Notes under the pieces: generated by a model
Databases searched by the model: none
The model's input: only the letters and a program-made list of their open reading frames with translations
What the model was told of the DNA's origin: nothing
Shown: piece after piece, positions 28,936 through 39,371 of the stretch
How the letters are laid out: each line of letters starts with the position of its first letter
How positions within the stretch are numbered: position 1 is the first letter of the stretch
Source: an uncultured delta proteobacterium
Lineage (GTDB): Bacteria; Desulfobacterota; Zymogenia; Zymogenales; Zymogenaceae
Reading direction: 5' to 3'
Length of the DNA stretch: 64,000 bases
NCBI GenBank assembly: GCA_963792965.1
Contig: CAWBYW010000018.1
Span: 91,262 to 155,261, forward strand
Program-made: the position numbers and the translations under genes

Positions 28936-30183
28936 ATGAACAGCTCGCGCTCACTTCCTATCGTCGTACACAAATACGGCGGCTCATCCGTGGCCGACCC
29001 CGAAAAGCTCAAGCGCGTGGCGGGGCGCATCATCGCCGAAAAGGAGCGAGGCAGACGCGTCGTGGTTGTGGTGAGCGCCATGGGCGATACGACAGATCGG
29101 CTCTTGTCCCTGGCCAGGGAGGTGGTGACGACACCCACCGCACGCGAGCTCGACATGCTGCTGTCAGTGGGAGAGCGCATCTCCATGACGCTCTTGTCGA
29201 TGGCGCTCAACGAGATGGGCCACCCCGCAAAATCGTTCACCGGCTCCCAGAGCGGCATCATCACCGACACGAGGCACTCAAACGCCCGGATCGTCGAGGT
29301 GAGGCCGAAAAGGATCATCGAGGCGCTGGATGCCGGCCTCATTGCGATCGTGGCGGGCTATCAGGGAATCAGCGTGGAAAATGAGGTGACGACGCTGGGC
29401 CGCGGCGGGTCGGACACGACGGCCGTCGCCCTTGCCGCGGCCCTCGGGGCCGATTATCTCGAGATCTGCTCGGATGTGGACGGTGTCCTGACCACCGACC
29501 CCCGGGTGGTGACCGACGCACAAAAGATCGAGGCGCTTTCCTTCGATGAGATGCAGGAGATGGCAGAGGCGGGGGCCAAGGTCCTCAATAGTGCGGCAGT
29601 CGAGTACGCCAAGCGCGCCGGGATCACCATCCGCTCCGTTTCCACCTTCGGCCCGGGGACCGGGACAATGGTGGGAGATTTCTATGAGGAGGCGCGGACG
29701 GGGTTTGTGCGCGCCGTAGTCTTTGAGCGGGACGTGGTCTATGTCGTCTCCGACGATCTCTTTTCGCTTGCCGAGGTGGATGAGATCCTCCTCTTCCTCG
29801 ACGGCCAGGCCGCCGACTATAAGCAGTTTGATCTCAAGACCTACGGCGGCGTGGGCTTCTCATTCACGTTCATCCTGTCGCTTGAAAACGTCCACGCCTA
29901 CCAGGATATGAAGCGGCGGCTTGTTGAGCGTTTCTCCGGGAGGATCCTTTTCATGGAGGAGTGGGCGGCGCTCTCTCTTGTCGGCGAGGGGATAAACAAC
30001 ACGGGAGAGAACGTCAAAAAGGCCCTCTCGATCCTGAAGGCCCGGGGGATTGTGGTGCACGATATTCACACCTCGCGCTTCCGCATCAGCGCCCTTGTCG
30101 CGCGCGACAAAATCGATGAAGCGGTGCGCGTCTGTCATGATACCTTCATTACGAAAAACGGGCGAGTAAATCGAGGTGGGTAA
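28936..30183 (+). CDS. lysC: Aspartate kinase
   Basis: [37 protein letters not shown]-terminal ACT domains. Confidence 0.92.
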   Translation: MNSSRSLPIVVHKYGGSSVADPEKLKRVAGRIIAEKERGRRVVVVVSAMGDTTDRLLSLAREVVTTPTARELDMLLSVGERISMTLLSMALNEMGHPAKSFTGSQSGIITDTRHSNARIVEVRPKRIIEALDAGLIAIVAGYQGISVENEVTTLGRGGSDTTAVALAAALGADYLEICSDVDGVLTTDPRVVTDAQKIEALSFDEMQEMAEAGAKVLNSAAVEYAKRAGITIRSVSTFGPGTGTMVGDFYEEARTGFVRAVVFERDVVYVVSDDLFSLAEVDEILLFLDGQAADYKQFDLKTYGGVGFSFTFILSLENVHAYQDMKRRLVERFSGRILFMEEWAALSLVGEGINNTGENVKKALSILKARGIVVHDIHTSRFRISALVARDKIDEAVRVCHDTFITKNGRVNRGG

Positions 30184-30211
30184 GCTATTGATATGATACG
30201 TCCGCGGCGCT

Positions 30212-30240
30212 AAAAAAGGCGGCCACCGGGCCGCCTTTTT
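30212..30240. terminator. Bidirectional intrinsic terminator
   Basis: AAAAAAGGCGGCC-ACCG-GGCCGCCTTTTT between convergent genes. Confidence 0.85.
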
Positions 30241-30294
30241 GTTTCTGTGCGTGGAAGGAACGACCGGCACCGAGAAAGCCGTCCGCCGTGCTCT

Positions 30295-30573
30295 CTACGG
30301 ATTGGCTCCCTGTCCCTGGTTTCCCTGCGGGGGTCCCGCGGGGGGCGTCTGGGCAGGGGGCTGGTTTGTCATATAAAAATATATGAACCCTGCCACCGCT
30401 CCAACCAGCAAAATGAAGATAAGGCATGTCCGGCAGCTCGTGCCCGTCGGCTCAATCTTAGACATGTCGATCCCGGAACGGGGAGACTGCCCGGCGGGCA
30501 TGCCGCCGACGGCGGGCAAACGATCCTCTCGCTCTTCATCGTCACCCGGTCCAAACCTATTAGGGTTCTCCAT
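30295..30573 (-). CDS. Small hypothetical single-TM protein
   Basis: GGAGG RBS before ATG 30573; one hydrophobic helix and a Pro/Gln-rich tail. Confidence 0.55.
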   Translation of the reverse strand: MENPNRFGPGDDEEREDRLPAVGGMPAGQSPRSGIDMSKIEPTGTSCRTCLIFILLVGAVAGFIYFYMTNQPPAQTPPAGPPQGNQGQGANP

Positions 30574-30593
30574 TCTTCCTCCCGCAGATCTCG

Positions 30594-30791
30594 CTAAAAC
30601 GTCCCGAATACGCCAATAAAACAGAGGAGACCCGCAATCATTGTCGCCAGGGCCATAACCCACACGATCGCGGTGACGAAGGGGGGATTGCTTTCTCCTT
30701 TTGCCCGAGCGAGGATTCGGGGCAGCACCACCATATCAAACGTCCCGGTGATGATGAGGATGATGCCCAAAAGCTTATGCGTCTCAAGCAC
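30594..30791 (-). CDS. Small hypothetical 2-TM membrane protein
   Basis: GAGGGAG RBS; two hydrophobic helices. Confidence 0.55.
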   Translation of the reverse strand: MLETHKLLGIILIITGTFDMVVLPRILARAKGESNPPFVTAIVWVMALATMIAGLLCFIGVFGTF

Positions 30792-30804
30792 GAACGTCTC
30801 CCTC

Positions 30805-31095
30805 CTATAAGTCCACGACTATCCTGATGGAGTCTTCGCTCGAAAGCCCCTTGAGGTGTTTGAGGGTAGCATGGATCGTATCGGAGACGATCTGCGCCGC
30901 AAAGCCGTCAAGCTCTATCGGCACGCCGTCGGCCTTGATGGCGACACTCCCTTTTTGGACGGAGAACTCGAGCCGTCGCGGGATCTTGACCCCTCTGAGG
31001 GAATTGGCAACCCCGGAAAATACGTTTGCGACGTACATCTCCACAAACGCGTTAAGGTCGATTTCCTTATCGCCGACGAATGCCTGTGCCTTCAT
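30805..31095 (-). CDS. Hypothetical protein with an internally duplicated ~48-aa domain
   Basis: VGDKEIDLNAFV...SLRG and ADGVPIELDGFA...HLKG align to each other. Confidence 0.6.
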   Translation of the reverse strand: MKAQAFVGDKEIDLNAFVEMYVANVFSGVANSLRGVKIPRRLEFSVQKGSVAIKADGVPIELDGFAAQIVSDTIHATLKHLKGLSSEDSIRIVVDL

Positions 31096-31123
31096 ACGTG
31101 CCCCGATATGAATCGGATATAAG

Positions 31124-31198
31124 TGGTGCGCCCGGCAGGACTCGAACCTGCGCACCAGCGTCCGGAGCGCTGTGCTCTATCCCCTGAGCTACGGGCGC
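31124..31198 (-). tRNA. tRNA-Arg(CCG)
   Basis: GCGCCCGTAGCTCAGGGGATAGAGCACAGCGCTCCGGACGCTGGTGCGCAGGTTCGAGTCCTGCCGGGCGCACCA folds as a cloverleaf, anticodon CCG, encoded CCA. Confidence 0.96.
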
Positions 31199-31229
31199 AT
31201 AACGAGTGTGCGTTCTCTTGCTGGAGGAT

Positions 31230-31258
31230 AAGTTACCATAGCGCCGAAAGGAAGTCAA
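31230..31258 (-). promoter_or_regulatory. tRNA promoter
   Basis: TTGACT-N17-TAACTT with TG extension. Confidence 0.55.
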
Positions 31259-31438
31259 ATACTCTTCTCAGATGAATGGTGGAAAAATAGGGGGACTCTA
31301 TACTCCTCAGGAAAGCTCGAAGCGAGAATGGGTCTTTCTTCTATTTAAACTCCGGAAAAGGATATCGAACCGATCCCCAAGGAGTATTGTTACTGATATG
31401 ATACTACCATCGTTGTCCGGAGTTCAAATAGGGGAATA

Positions 31439-32040
31439 GGTCATGTCAATTAAATAGTCGAAATTGGTTTCAGGGTGTTTCCTCTCCAGTTCTGGTTTAA
31501 CATATCTGTCACGCCGTACATGATGCGATCGGCGCTCGCCTCGTTGGTGAAGAAGTTGTTCATGGGGCGGGTCCTCCGGCGCACCCCGAAAGGCTCGCTC
31601 CAGAATGTTGGTCGTCCGAACCGATCTCTGCAGCGTCCGGTCGGCGTTGTGGTAGTGTAGGTTGCTGAGAAAGTCCTCCCTCATGCACCGCGCTGCCCGC
31701 TCTTCCTCGACCACCCATTTCTTTTCCCATGCCGTGAATCGCTTGATCGCCTCTTTCTTGTTATACGCCCCAAAGATCAGCTTCGCCTTACCAAGGCAGT
31801 GAGTGTGATTGACCTTTCTGATCTTCACGGCCACGTTACGCATCCGGTGAACGATGCATGTCTACGAAGGGATAGATGCTCCTGAGGCCTTCAAGAGGCC
31901 GGGGTTCCTGTCCAAGATGAGCAGTTTGAGATGCTTCCCCAACAGACCTCTCCCCCTGAGGTCGGAAAGAAAAATCCCTCCAGGACGCCTCGTCCTCCAC
32001 ATCCGCCAGCCTAAACAAAAGATTCCCAAGGTGTAAATTG
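31439..32040 (-). pseudogene. IS256-family transposase remnant with IS end
   Basis: VRTTNILERAFR and GKHLKLLILD...GLLKA fragments in shifted frames; end sequence GGTCATGTCAATTAAAT. Confidence 0.7.
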
Positions 32041-32293
32041 ATACTGATCAATCTTTAATGACAGGGCAAAAAGGTGCATGCCATTTTGTTTTTGACAAAA
32101 CCAGCCTGCCTCTATCAGACAAACACCGATGACAAAGCCGCCTTTTGTCTGAAGTCAATTCCATCCTTTTTCCCATGAAAAAATCAGACCCGGCCTGATT
32201 GCCGGGAAAAGCGTCAGAGCGTAGAGTGTCACTAAGAAGAATAGGGAATGGAGAGAGATCGCCTCATCTACCGACCAAGCAAGGAGTAGTGCT

Positions 32294-33265
32294 ATGGAAA
32301 AGAAATGTACCGCCTGTGGAAAAAAACAGGCAAGAACGGAATGTGACAACTGCGGAACGGCAATATGCGGCGATTGCTGCAAGCTGGAGATATGGGGCAC
32401 CGGTGCTGAAGATTTGAGCGCCCGCTATTTTTGCCCGACCTGTAAAGATGATCCGGATGTCAACCCATGGGGGGCTTACAGCAACGTGGACGGCAAGGAA
32501 ACGGGCGGGGATGCCCGAGCGGCTGTCTCAAACAGCCGGTTAGGCGTTGAGACGGAAAGGGCGCGAAGCAACGGGAAAAAATTATACGCAACGTGCAAAG
32601 AGGCGCTGGCCGGGATATGTGACGGCGCAACCATCATGGTCGGAGGGTTCACAGGAAGGGGGACACCGTCAAATCTTCTCCTTGCCCTGCGCGATCTGGG
32701 GCCGAGGGATCTTACCGTCATCCGAAACGACGCAAGCGGAGGATGGAAAAACCCCATAGACGTGGATATTCTCATTGAGGCAGGGATGGTCAAAAAGGTT
32801 ATCACCTGCTTCGCCGTGTTCGGGTCACCTAAGAAAGTGAGTGTGCTTGAGCGTGCGGCGATGGAAGGCCAAGTCGTTGTCGATCTCGTGCCCCAGGGGA
32901 CCCTCGCGGAACGAATCCGGGCAGGCGGTGCCGGCATCGGCGCGTTTTATACTCCTACGGGAGTCGGCACGGAAGCTTCTGCAGAAAGGGAAACACGCGT
33001 CATTGACGGCCGTGAAATGCTGCTCGAATATTCGCTCAAGGCGGATTTTGCGCTGATCAAGGCCTATAGTTCCGATACACTGGGAAACCTCGTATACAGG
33101 AAATCAGCACGCAATTTCAATCCGATAATGGCCATGGCGGCAACGACTACCGTAGTGGAAACTGAGAACCTTATCGAACCGGACGCCCTCAACCCGGATC
33201 AGGTTATAACTCCATGTGTGTTTGTAGACCGTATTGTTCACGTTCGAAATGGGAGGTGCAACTAA
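32294..33265 (+). CDS. 3-oxoacid CoA-transferase subunit A with N-terminal Cys-rich (4x CxxC) domain
   Basis: IMVGGF, PQGTLAERIRAGGAGI, TGVGT, ARNFNP; N-terminal CTAC, CDNC, CGDC, CPTC. Confidence 0.88.
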   Translation: MEKKCTACGKKQARTECDNCGTAICGDCCKLEIWGTGAEDLSARYFCPTCKDDPDVNPWGAYSNVDGKETGGDARAAVSNSRLGVETERARSNGKKLYATCKEALAGICDGATIMVGGFTGRGTPSNLLLALRDLGPRDLTVIRNDASGGWKNPIDVDILIEAGMVKKVITCFAVFGSPKKVSVLERAAMEGQVVVDLVPQGTLAERIRAGGAGIGAFYTPTGVGTEASAERETRVIDGREMLLEYSLKADFALIKAYSSDTLGNLVYRKSARNFNPIMAMAATTTVVETENLIEPDALNPDQVITPCVFVDRIVHVRNGRCN

Positions 33266-33269
33266 AACC

Positions 33270-33929
33270 ATGAAGGAAAGAATGTCAGAAGAACAGATGG
33301 CCAGGCGCGTGGCAGGGGAACTCAAAGATGGGTTTTGTGTTAATCTCGGCATCGGAATGCCCATGATGGTTGCATCGTATATCCCTTCCGGCGTACACAT
33401 ACTTGTCCATTCCGAAAACGGGGTACTGGGGGTCGGCCACCATGCTCCTATGGGAATGGAAGATAAGGACCTCGGCAATGCAGGGGACGAAAACGTTACG
33501 GTGGTTCCAGGCGCATCATTTTTCGACAGCGCGGAAGCATTCGCCATGGTTCGGGGAGGACATCTTGACGTTACAGTTCTCGGCGGGTTCCAGGTCTCTG
33601 AGAAAGGAGATCTATCAAACTGGAAGCTCCCCGGCAGGACGGTTGGAAGTTATGGTGGGGCGATAGATCTCGCCTCCGGCGCCAAAAAAGTCATTGTTAT
33701 GATGAAACATACGACCCCGCTGGGAGAAACGAAGATCGTGACCGACTGTACATACCCGATCACCGCCCGGCGATGCGTATCGATGATTGTGACCGATGTG
33801 GCGGTTATTGAAATTACGAAAAAAGGATTGTGCCTTCGGGAAACAGCCCCGGGTTGGACAACAAAGGAGGTTCAGGATATTACCGGCCCGCGTCTCAATG
33901 CAGATGCGGCTGTTGAATGGGTTGAATAA
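33270..33929 (+). CDS. 3-oxoacid CoA-transferase subunit B
   Basis: VNLGIGMP, SENG (catalytic Glu), RGGHLD, GGAIDL. Confidence 0.9.
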   Translation: MKERMSEEQMARRVAGELKDGFCVNLGIGMPMMVASYIPSGVHILVHSENGVLGVGHHAPMGMEDKDLGNAGDENVTVVPGASFFDSAEAFAMVRGGHLDVTVLGGFQVSEKGDLSNWKLPGRTVGSYGGAIDLASGAKKVIVMMKHTTPLGETKIVTDCTYPITARRCVSMIVTDVAVIEITKKGLCLRETAPGWTTKEVQDITGPRLNADAAVEWVE

Positions 33930-34011
33930 AGGATGCAACTGCTGTAAATTCTTTTTCCGAATAGAGAAAGCCCTGTGTTATTCCCGATGTTGATGAAGAG
34001 ACACACGATGA

Positions 34012-34656
34012 TTACCCTATAAGTTTGTTCTGTACTGCGTACAGGATAATTTCGGCATTGCTTTTCATCTTCATCTTTTCCAGGATGTGGGAGCGGTGGG
34101 TGCTGATGGTTTTGACGCTCAGATGCAGAATCTCGGCGATTTCCGAAACGGTCTTTCCGGATGCTATAAGCTGCATGACGTGATGTTCGCGATCGGACAG
34201 GGTTTCGTGGGGCAATTTCGTCATGTCGGTGTCCAGATAGTTGGCCAGCTTTTCGCCTAGGGACGCGCTGATGTAGCGTGCGCCTGCGGAAATCTTCCGA
34301 ATAGCCGAAATCAATTCATGGGGTGCGCTTGCCTTTGTCAGATAGCCGGCTGCTCCCGCCCGCAATGCCCGGATGGCGTATTGCTCTTCGGGGTAAATGC
34401 TGAGAATAAGAACGGGGAGTTTTGGACAGTCGGCTTTCAACTCCCGCAGGATTTCCAGGCCGTTCTTCCCGGGCATTGAAATATCCAGCAGTACAACATC
34501 GTATTGCTTCTTTTTGATATATGCGAGGACTTCCTGTCCGTTTCCCGCTTCATCCTCAACAACTAGATCAGGCGTTTCTGAAAGAACCTGCTTGAAACCT
34601 GCGCGAACAATGGGGTGATCGTCGGCAATAAGGATTCTGATCTTTTTCCCTGTCAT
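34012..34656 (-). CDS. NarL/UvrY-type response regulator (REC + LuxR HTH)
   Basis: IADDH, LLDISMPG, LSDRE, LSVKTISTHR. Confidence 0.92.
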   Translation of the reverse strand: MTGKKIRILIADDHPIVRAGFKQVLSETPDLVVEDEAGNGQEVLAYIKKKQYDVVLLDISMPGKNGLEILRELKADCPKLPVLILSIYPEEQYAIRALRAGAAGYLTKASAPHELISAIRKISAGARYISASLGEKLANYLDTDMTKLPHETLSDREHHVMQLIASGKTVSEIAEILHLSVKTISTHRSHILEKMKMKSNAEIILYAVQNKLIG

Positions 34657-35744
34657 GATGTTTTTCCTGTCTTTGGCAAGGGGATACTAATCGTTATGGT
34701 GGTGCCCCGTCCGCCTTTCCCGACGATGGACTCCTTTCCTCCCCAGTGATAGACCCGTTCTTTGATTCCCAGCAAACCGAATGAATCGGGCTTTTCCATC
34801 TGACGATGCGTGATGCCCTTGCCGTTATCCTTGACAACAAACTCGAGACGGTCGTTGGTTGCCTTCAGGCGGACAGTTACTCTCGTGGCCTCGGCGTGAC
34901 GCTGCACGTTCGTCAAGGTTTCTTGAAAAATGCGAAATACAGTCGTCGCCAAATCCGGATCGATAACCATATCTTCCGGACTGAAGGATACTTTGCAGGC
35001 GATGCCGGTGCGTCTGGAAAATTCCTCGGCCTGCCAGGCGATGGCCGCTGTCAGGCCGAGATGATCGAGCATGCCCGGACGCAACCCCATGTAAATCTGT
35101 TTGACGGTCTTCATCGTCAGATCAACGAGGGAGGAGAGGCTATGAACTCTGTCCGACAGCACCGTCTGTCCAGCCGGGATCTTGTTTTTCAGCAGGATGA
35201 TGTCCGTATTCATTGCCGTTAGAAGCTGCCCTAACTCATCGTGCAACTCACGTGCGATGCGGGTTCTTTCCTTTTCCCGTATTGATTGAAGGTGCGCCGA
35301 TAATTTGCGCAACTGCTGCCTTGACAGTTCAAGTTCTTGTACTGCCCGTTTCCGGTCCGTAATATCCTCATATGTAATAACCACTCGTTTTTCTTTTAAT
35401 TTTTTGCCGATTCGCGCAGCGTTGATCATGCATTCTATTTCCGTGCCGTCTTTCCGTACACAGGGGAACTCCATGCTGGCAATGGGTTGCTTTTCCAGAA
35501 CGGAATAGAGTTTGCCGGCGATCCTTTCATAGTCCTTTTCTGTCCGGTACAAAAGACGGGTATACCTGCCGATCAGTTCATCGGATGTCCAGCCGAATAC
35601 AGCCGTGACCCCCCGATTGATAAAAATAATCCTTCTGTCCTGCAACCCGATGACGGCGTGAGGTATCGCTTTCAGGATGGACGCCTCTAAGGCCTCCATC
35701 TCGGCGATTTCATCGCGCGCCTTGATTAATTCTTCGATGTACAT
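34653..35744 (-). CDS. PAS sensor histidine kinase (HisKA_3), probably 5'-truncated
   Basis: PAS domain, ERTRIARELHDELGQ, QETLTNVQRHA, DNGKG, GLLG. Confidence 0.88.
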   Translation of the reverse strand: MYIEELIKARDEIAEMEALEASILKAIPHAVIGLQDRRIIFINRGVTAVFGWTSDELIGRYTRLLYRTEKDYERIAGKLYSVLEKQPIASMEFPCVRKDGTEIECMINAARIGKKLKEKRVVITYEDITDRKRAVQELELSRQQLRKLSAHLQSIREKERTRIARELHDELGQLLTAMNTDIILLKNKIPAGQTVLSDRVHSLSSLVDLTMKTVKQIYMGLRPGMLDHLGLTAAIAWQAEEFSRRTGIACKVSFSPEDMVIDPDLATTVFRIFQETLTNVQRHAEATRVTVRLKATNDRLEFVVKDNGKGITHRQMEKPDSFGLLGIKERVYHWGGKESIVGKGGRGTTITISIPLPKTGKTS

Positions 35745-35811
35745 GGATTTTATTGTTTTGTCGATAAGCGATTGATATTGATGAGAACTTCCTTCTTTTG
35801 GAGTGAAGTAT

Positions 35812-35936
35812 GGTCATGTCAATTAAATTGTGGAAATTGGCTTCAGGGTGTTGCCTCTCCAGTTCTTACTTAGCATATCCGTCACTCCGTACATGATCCG
35901 GTCGGCGCTCGCCTCATTCGTAAAGAAGTTGTTCAT
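35812..35936 (-). mobile_element. Second IS256-type end fragment
   Basis: 125-bp diverged copy of 31439-31563 starting with the same GGTCATGTCAATTAAAT. Confidence 0.7.
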
Positions 35937-36221
35937 CGGTCCGGACGATACGGTTCCGGATAGAAAGGACGCGATCGTTGTCAGGGCACCCGAAGATCAA
36001 GGGATCGTCCTCTTTCGGATGTTCATCAACGATCGGAACGAAATTGCCAAGCTTCAGGAGTATCAGAGGGGTATTACCTGTACGCTGCTCAAATAGCGGC
36101 GGAAAGCATGTGAACGTCTGAGAAGAGCGTGTCCCCACTACCAACGACCCTGATGGAAACAGGCAGTTATGACTTTTGCAGCTGCCTGTTTTTCTATTTT
36201 CCCGCCCTATTAAGTAATCAG

Positions 36222-36389
36222 AAAACCACCTAAATCTGTTAATTATCGTTACCCACTTTTCGCTCCCTCTTCCTCTGATCTTGCCGAAAATTTGTGCCAA
36301 AAATAGATCGAAATTGGGGCGCATAACGAGTGTGCGTTCTCTTGCTGGAGGATAACTTACCATAGCGGCGAAAGGAAGTCAAATACTCT
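36222..36389. repeat. Decayed attachment junction (arm sequence plus copy of tRNA promoter/leader)
   Basis: 36222-36315 resembles 46103-46205; 36317-36389 matches 31193-31265 with 2 mismatches in 73 bp. Confidence 0.75.
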
Positions 36390-36559
36390 CCGGCCGACCG
36401 GGGAAAAAACTTGGCTCCGTTTCAAAGGCTTAATCGCCGTTCATCGGATCAAGATTATCGTTTAGCATAATCTCAATTGCGGTAGTCACGAGCTCTGTTA
36501 ACAGTCCGCCTCCTGTTGATAGATTTATCATGCTACGCAACGTTTTGCTCTGGCGATTC

Positions 36560-36730
36560 TTCATGGACGCGTCGTTGACAGAGCTCCAATCCGTCAAGAA
36601 AGGTCTTAAGGGGCGTTTCTCCCCCTGATTGATACGCTTTCCGTTGCAGCATCTCACGAACTCACCGAGACTTGTCTGGATCTCATCGAGGGAATAATAG
36701 AGTTCCTTCCTGGAAGACAATGATACCATC
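36560..36730 (-). pseudogene. Possible IS481-like transposase C-terminal remnant
   Basis: RKELYYSLDEIQTSLGEFVRCCNGKRINQG resembles the rve C-terminal segment of IS481-type transposases. Confidence 0.4.
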
Positions 36731-36890
36731 ACCCGTGCTAAGTCCGTCTTTTTCCTTGACACTTCTTTCGTCCTCCACTAAAATCTCAGACGGATATTGG
36801 TCGTATGTACAATTTTATGTACGAACATACAATAAGTATAATTCCCGCGGGGTCGACAGGTCAGCCGGTCAATTCCGAAAGTAATAGGTA

Positions 36891-37475
36891 ATGGAAAGAA
36901 TCGCCGACATACGGAGACGCGAAATCCTGGAAAGCTACTACCAAGTGGTGTCGAAGGAAGGCATTGAGGGATCGTCGATCGCCAAGATCGCGAAGCTCAT
37001 GGGGGTTCAGCCCGGCCTGATTACATACTACTTCAAGTCAAAAGACGAAATGACCAATGAGTTGGTCGATTTCGTCCTGTCGAAGTATGAAGAACCGTAC
37101 TTTTACGGGATCGACGAGACGACCGACTACAAGAAAGGTCTCGACACGCTCCTCGACCGGATCTTCGGTCCCAACAAGGTGCGATTCGTTGATGACGGCG
37201 TGTTCTATTCCTGTTATTCCCTCACGTTCAGAAATCCGAGAATCAAGGGACAATTCGATCAAATGTACGGTCGATTTCGAGCCCTGCTGACCAAGGAGCT
37301 CACACTCTGGGGACAAGCAGGCGTCATCCGAAACGTTGACGTCCACAACACGGCAAACGTCATCATAGGCCTCATGGAAGGACTGGGATATTTTAAACAG
37401 ACCCTGGATAGCCGGCAGTTCACCGATTTGCGTAAGAGTATGAAAGAAATGGTGTTGCGCCTCCTGGTCGGATAG
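36891..37475 (+). CDS. TetR-family transcriptional regulator
   Basis: N-terminal HTH SIAKIAKLMGVQPGLITYYFKSK. Confidence 0.88.
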   Translation: MERIADIRRREILESYYQVVSKEGIEGSSIAKIAKLMGVQPGLITYYFKSKDEMTNELVDFVLSKYEEPYFYGIDETTDYKKGLDTLLDRIFGPNKVRFVDDGVFYSCYSLTFRNPRIKGQFDQMYGRFRALLTKELTLWGQAGVIRNVDVHNTANVIIGLMEGLGYFKQTLDSRQFTDLRKSMKEMVLRLLVG

Positions 37476-37649
37476 CCTCTTCGCTGTCAGATCAAAGGGG
37501 CCAGCGCTGACTGCGGCGATTGAACTGATCCCGCTTCTTGCCATCCCTCTCCTCGTGCATCCTGCAATAGGTCCACACCTCGGGACACTCGTCCGGGTTT
37601 TCGCCCCGAAGACATCCATTCCTCCGGGCCCGCGCAGGCCGGAAAAGGG

Positions 37650-38276
37650 CTATTTCTTCGGCCGGTACGTGATAAAGCGGCACATCGGGTCCCCCCTGGC
37701 GATGCAGTGGGTCTCCTCGACCCTGGCGTCCGGCCCGAGTATCCAGCGGGCGACGCCTAGCTCGAAACCCACCTCGGCGTAGCATATCGCCGACCCGGTT
37801 TTGAGGCCCAGGCACCAGTAGCAGGGCGAAAGCTCGAGGCACCACCCCTCGTCGGTCGTGTAGTCCGTATGGAGGCTATCTCCGAAGATCGCCCTGCCGG
37901 CCTGAACCATGATGGTTTCGATCCGGACGTATTCGTCGAACAGCTTGTCGGCCGGGCCTTGCGCGACCCGGACCCCCTCAAGGGCGAAGAGTCCCGGCAT
38001 ATCGCAGAGCATGTTCTTAAAACCCTTGAGGCCGGATTGCAGCATGATAGAGCGGGCGCCCTTCTCCCCGAGGACCTCGACCATGCCGGAAACAAGGCGC
38101 GTGAAATCGGAGAAGGGATGCTGTTGCTCGAGCGTGTTCGGAGGATAGTTATCGATGTAGTGCAGGAGTTTGGTGTAATTAAGGATCGAATTCAGCCCAT
38201 TCTTTCCGAGTATCTCTTGTACGGTGATAAACGTCAAGAACAAGAGCTGATTTGGGGCTTTCTCTTTAAGCGGCAT
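37650..38276 (-). CDS. V4R-domain protein
   Basis: GKNGLNSILNY..L..YIDNYPP, CYWC, VEETHCIARGDPMCRF. Confidence 0.8.
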   Translation of the reverse strand: MPLKEKAPNQLLFLTFITVQEILGKNGLNSILNYTKLLHYIDNYPPNTLEQQHPFSDFTRLVSGMVEVLGEKGARSIMLQSGLKGFKNMLCDMPGLFALEGVRVAQGPADKLFDEYVRIETIMVQAGRAIFGDSLHTDYTTDEGWCLELSPCYWCLGLKTGSAICYAEVGFELGVARWILGPDARVEETHCIARGDPMCRFITYRPKK

Positions 38277-38532
38277 CGTAATCCCCCTTTGCCGTAGCGT
38301 GCCCTGAACTATAGCATAGTATTATTATGGCGTCATCAGTTAAGTATGGCGGATAAAAGAATCACTATCTCTCTTTTATGTGCGCTCTTTTTGTGGCGTC
38401 TGATTGGAATAATATAAGGGGGGCGGTTGCCCCCCATTAATGAGTAAAAAACAGTCCCTGTAAGCACGATCCTTGACGCGACCGGGCATAGATTTGAGAG
38501 TCGAGCCCGGGGAAATCCGACCCGGGCTATCC

Positions 38533-39300
38533 TTAGGCTGGGAACGCCCAGTCGCCGCTCGTCAGTTGGCCGCCGTCTACGGCGATAATTGCGCCGGTTA
38601 CGTACGATGCCTTCTCAGAGCTCAGAAAGAGGATGACGTTGGCAATATCCTCCGGCACCGCTATGCGGCCGACCGGGATCGTCTTGAGCGCATTTTGAAA
38701 TACCTCCTCAAGCATCTTCCTCGGCACCCCGGCACGCTCGTAAATCGGGGTATCGACCCAGCCGGGCATGATGGCATTTGCGCGTATGCCGCGCAGATCC
38801 CGTGCCAGGTGTTTCGTGTACTTGAGAACAGCGGCCTTCGTCGTCGAATAGAGGAAGTGATGGTTACCAAGCTCGACGACGGCCGCGGTCGATGAGATAT
38901 TGACGATCGAAGCGTGAGACGACTTCCTCAACAAGGGCAGGCAATTCGTGACCATCAGCATCGGCCCCTTGACGTTGATTTCGTAATGGTAGTGAAAGTC
39001 TTCTTCCTTCATGTATTCAATCCCGGTAAGCCTGCCGACGCCGGCGTTGTTCACCAGCACGTCGAGCCTCCCGAACGTGTCGCTGACGTACTTGCTCACG
39101 GCGGCCACCTGGTCCGCCTTAGATATGTCGCACAGCTGGGCGTGATAGCTCTTTCCGAGCTTTGCCGCCGCGGCTTTGAGTGCCTTTTCATCAAAGTCGA
39201 CGGCGACGACGTCGGCGTGATTTTCAATAAACTGCGTTGCCGCGCCGAGCCCGATTCCCGAGGCGGCGCCGGTCACCAACACAACATAGTCCTTAAACAT
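38533..39300 (-). CDS. SDR-family oxidoreductase
   Basis: TGAASGIG, NNAG, YSTTK, VDGG. Confidence 0.92.
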   Translation of the reverse strand: MFKDYVVLVTGAASGIGLGAATQFIENHADVVAVDFDEKALKAAAAKLGKSYHAQLCDISKADQVAAVSKYVSDTFGRLDVLVNNAGVGRLTGIEYMKEEDFHYHYEINVKGPMLMVTNCLPLLRKSSHASIVNISSTAAVVELGNHHFLYSTTKAAVLKYTKHLARDLRGIRANAIMPGWVDTPIYERAGVPRKMLEEVFQNALKTIPVGRIAVPEDIANVILFLSSEKASYVTGAIIAVDGGQLTSGDWAFPA

Positions 39301-39371
39301 CGAACCCCCCTGTGAAAAGAATGATCGATTTACGATCTATCGACAGCACGCACAACGATGGGCGGCCGCTT

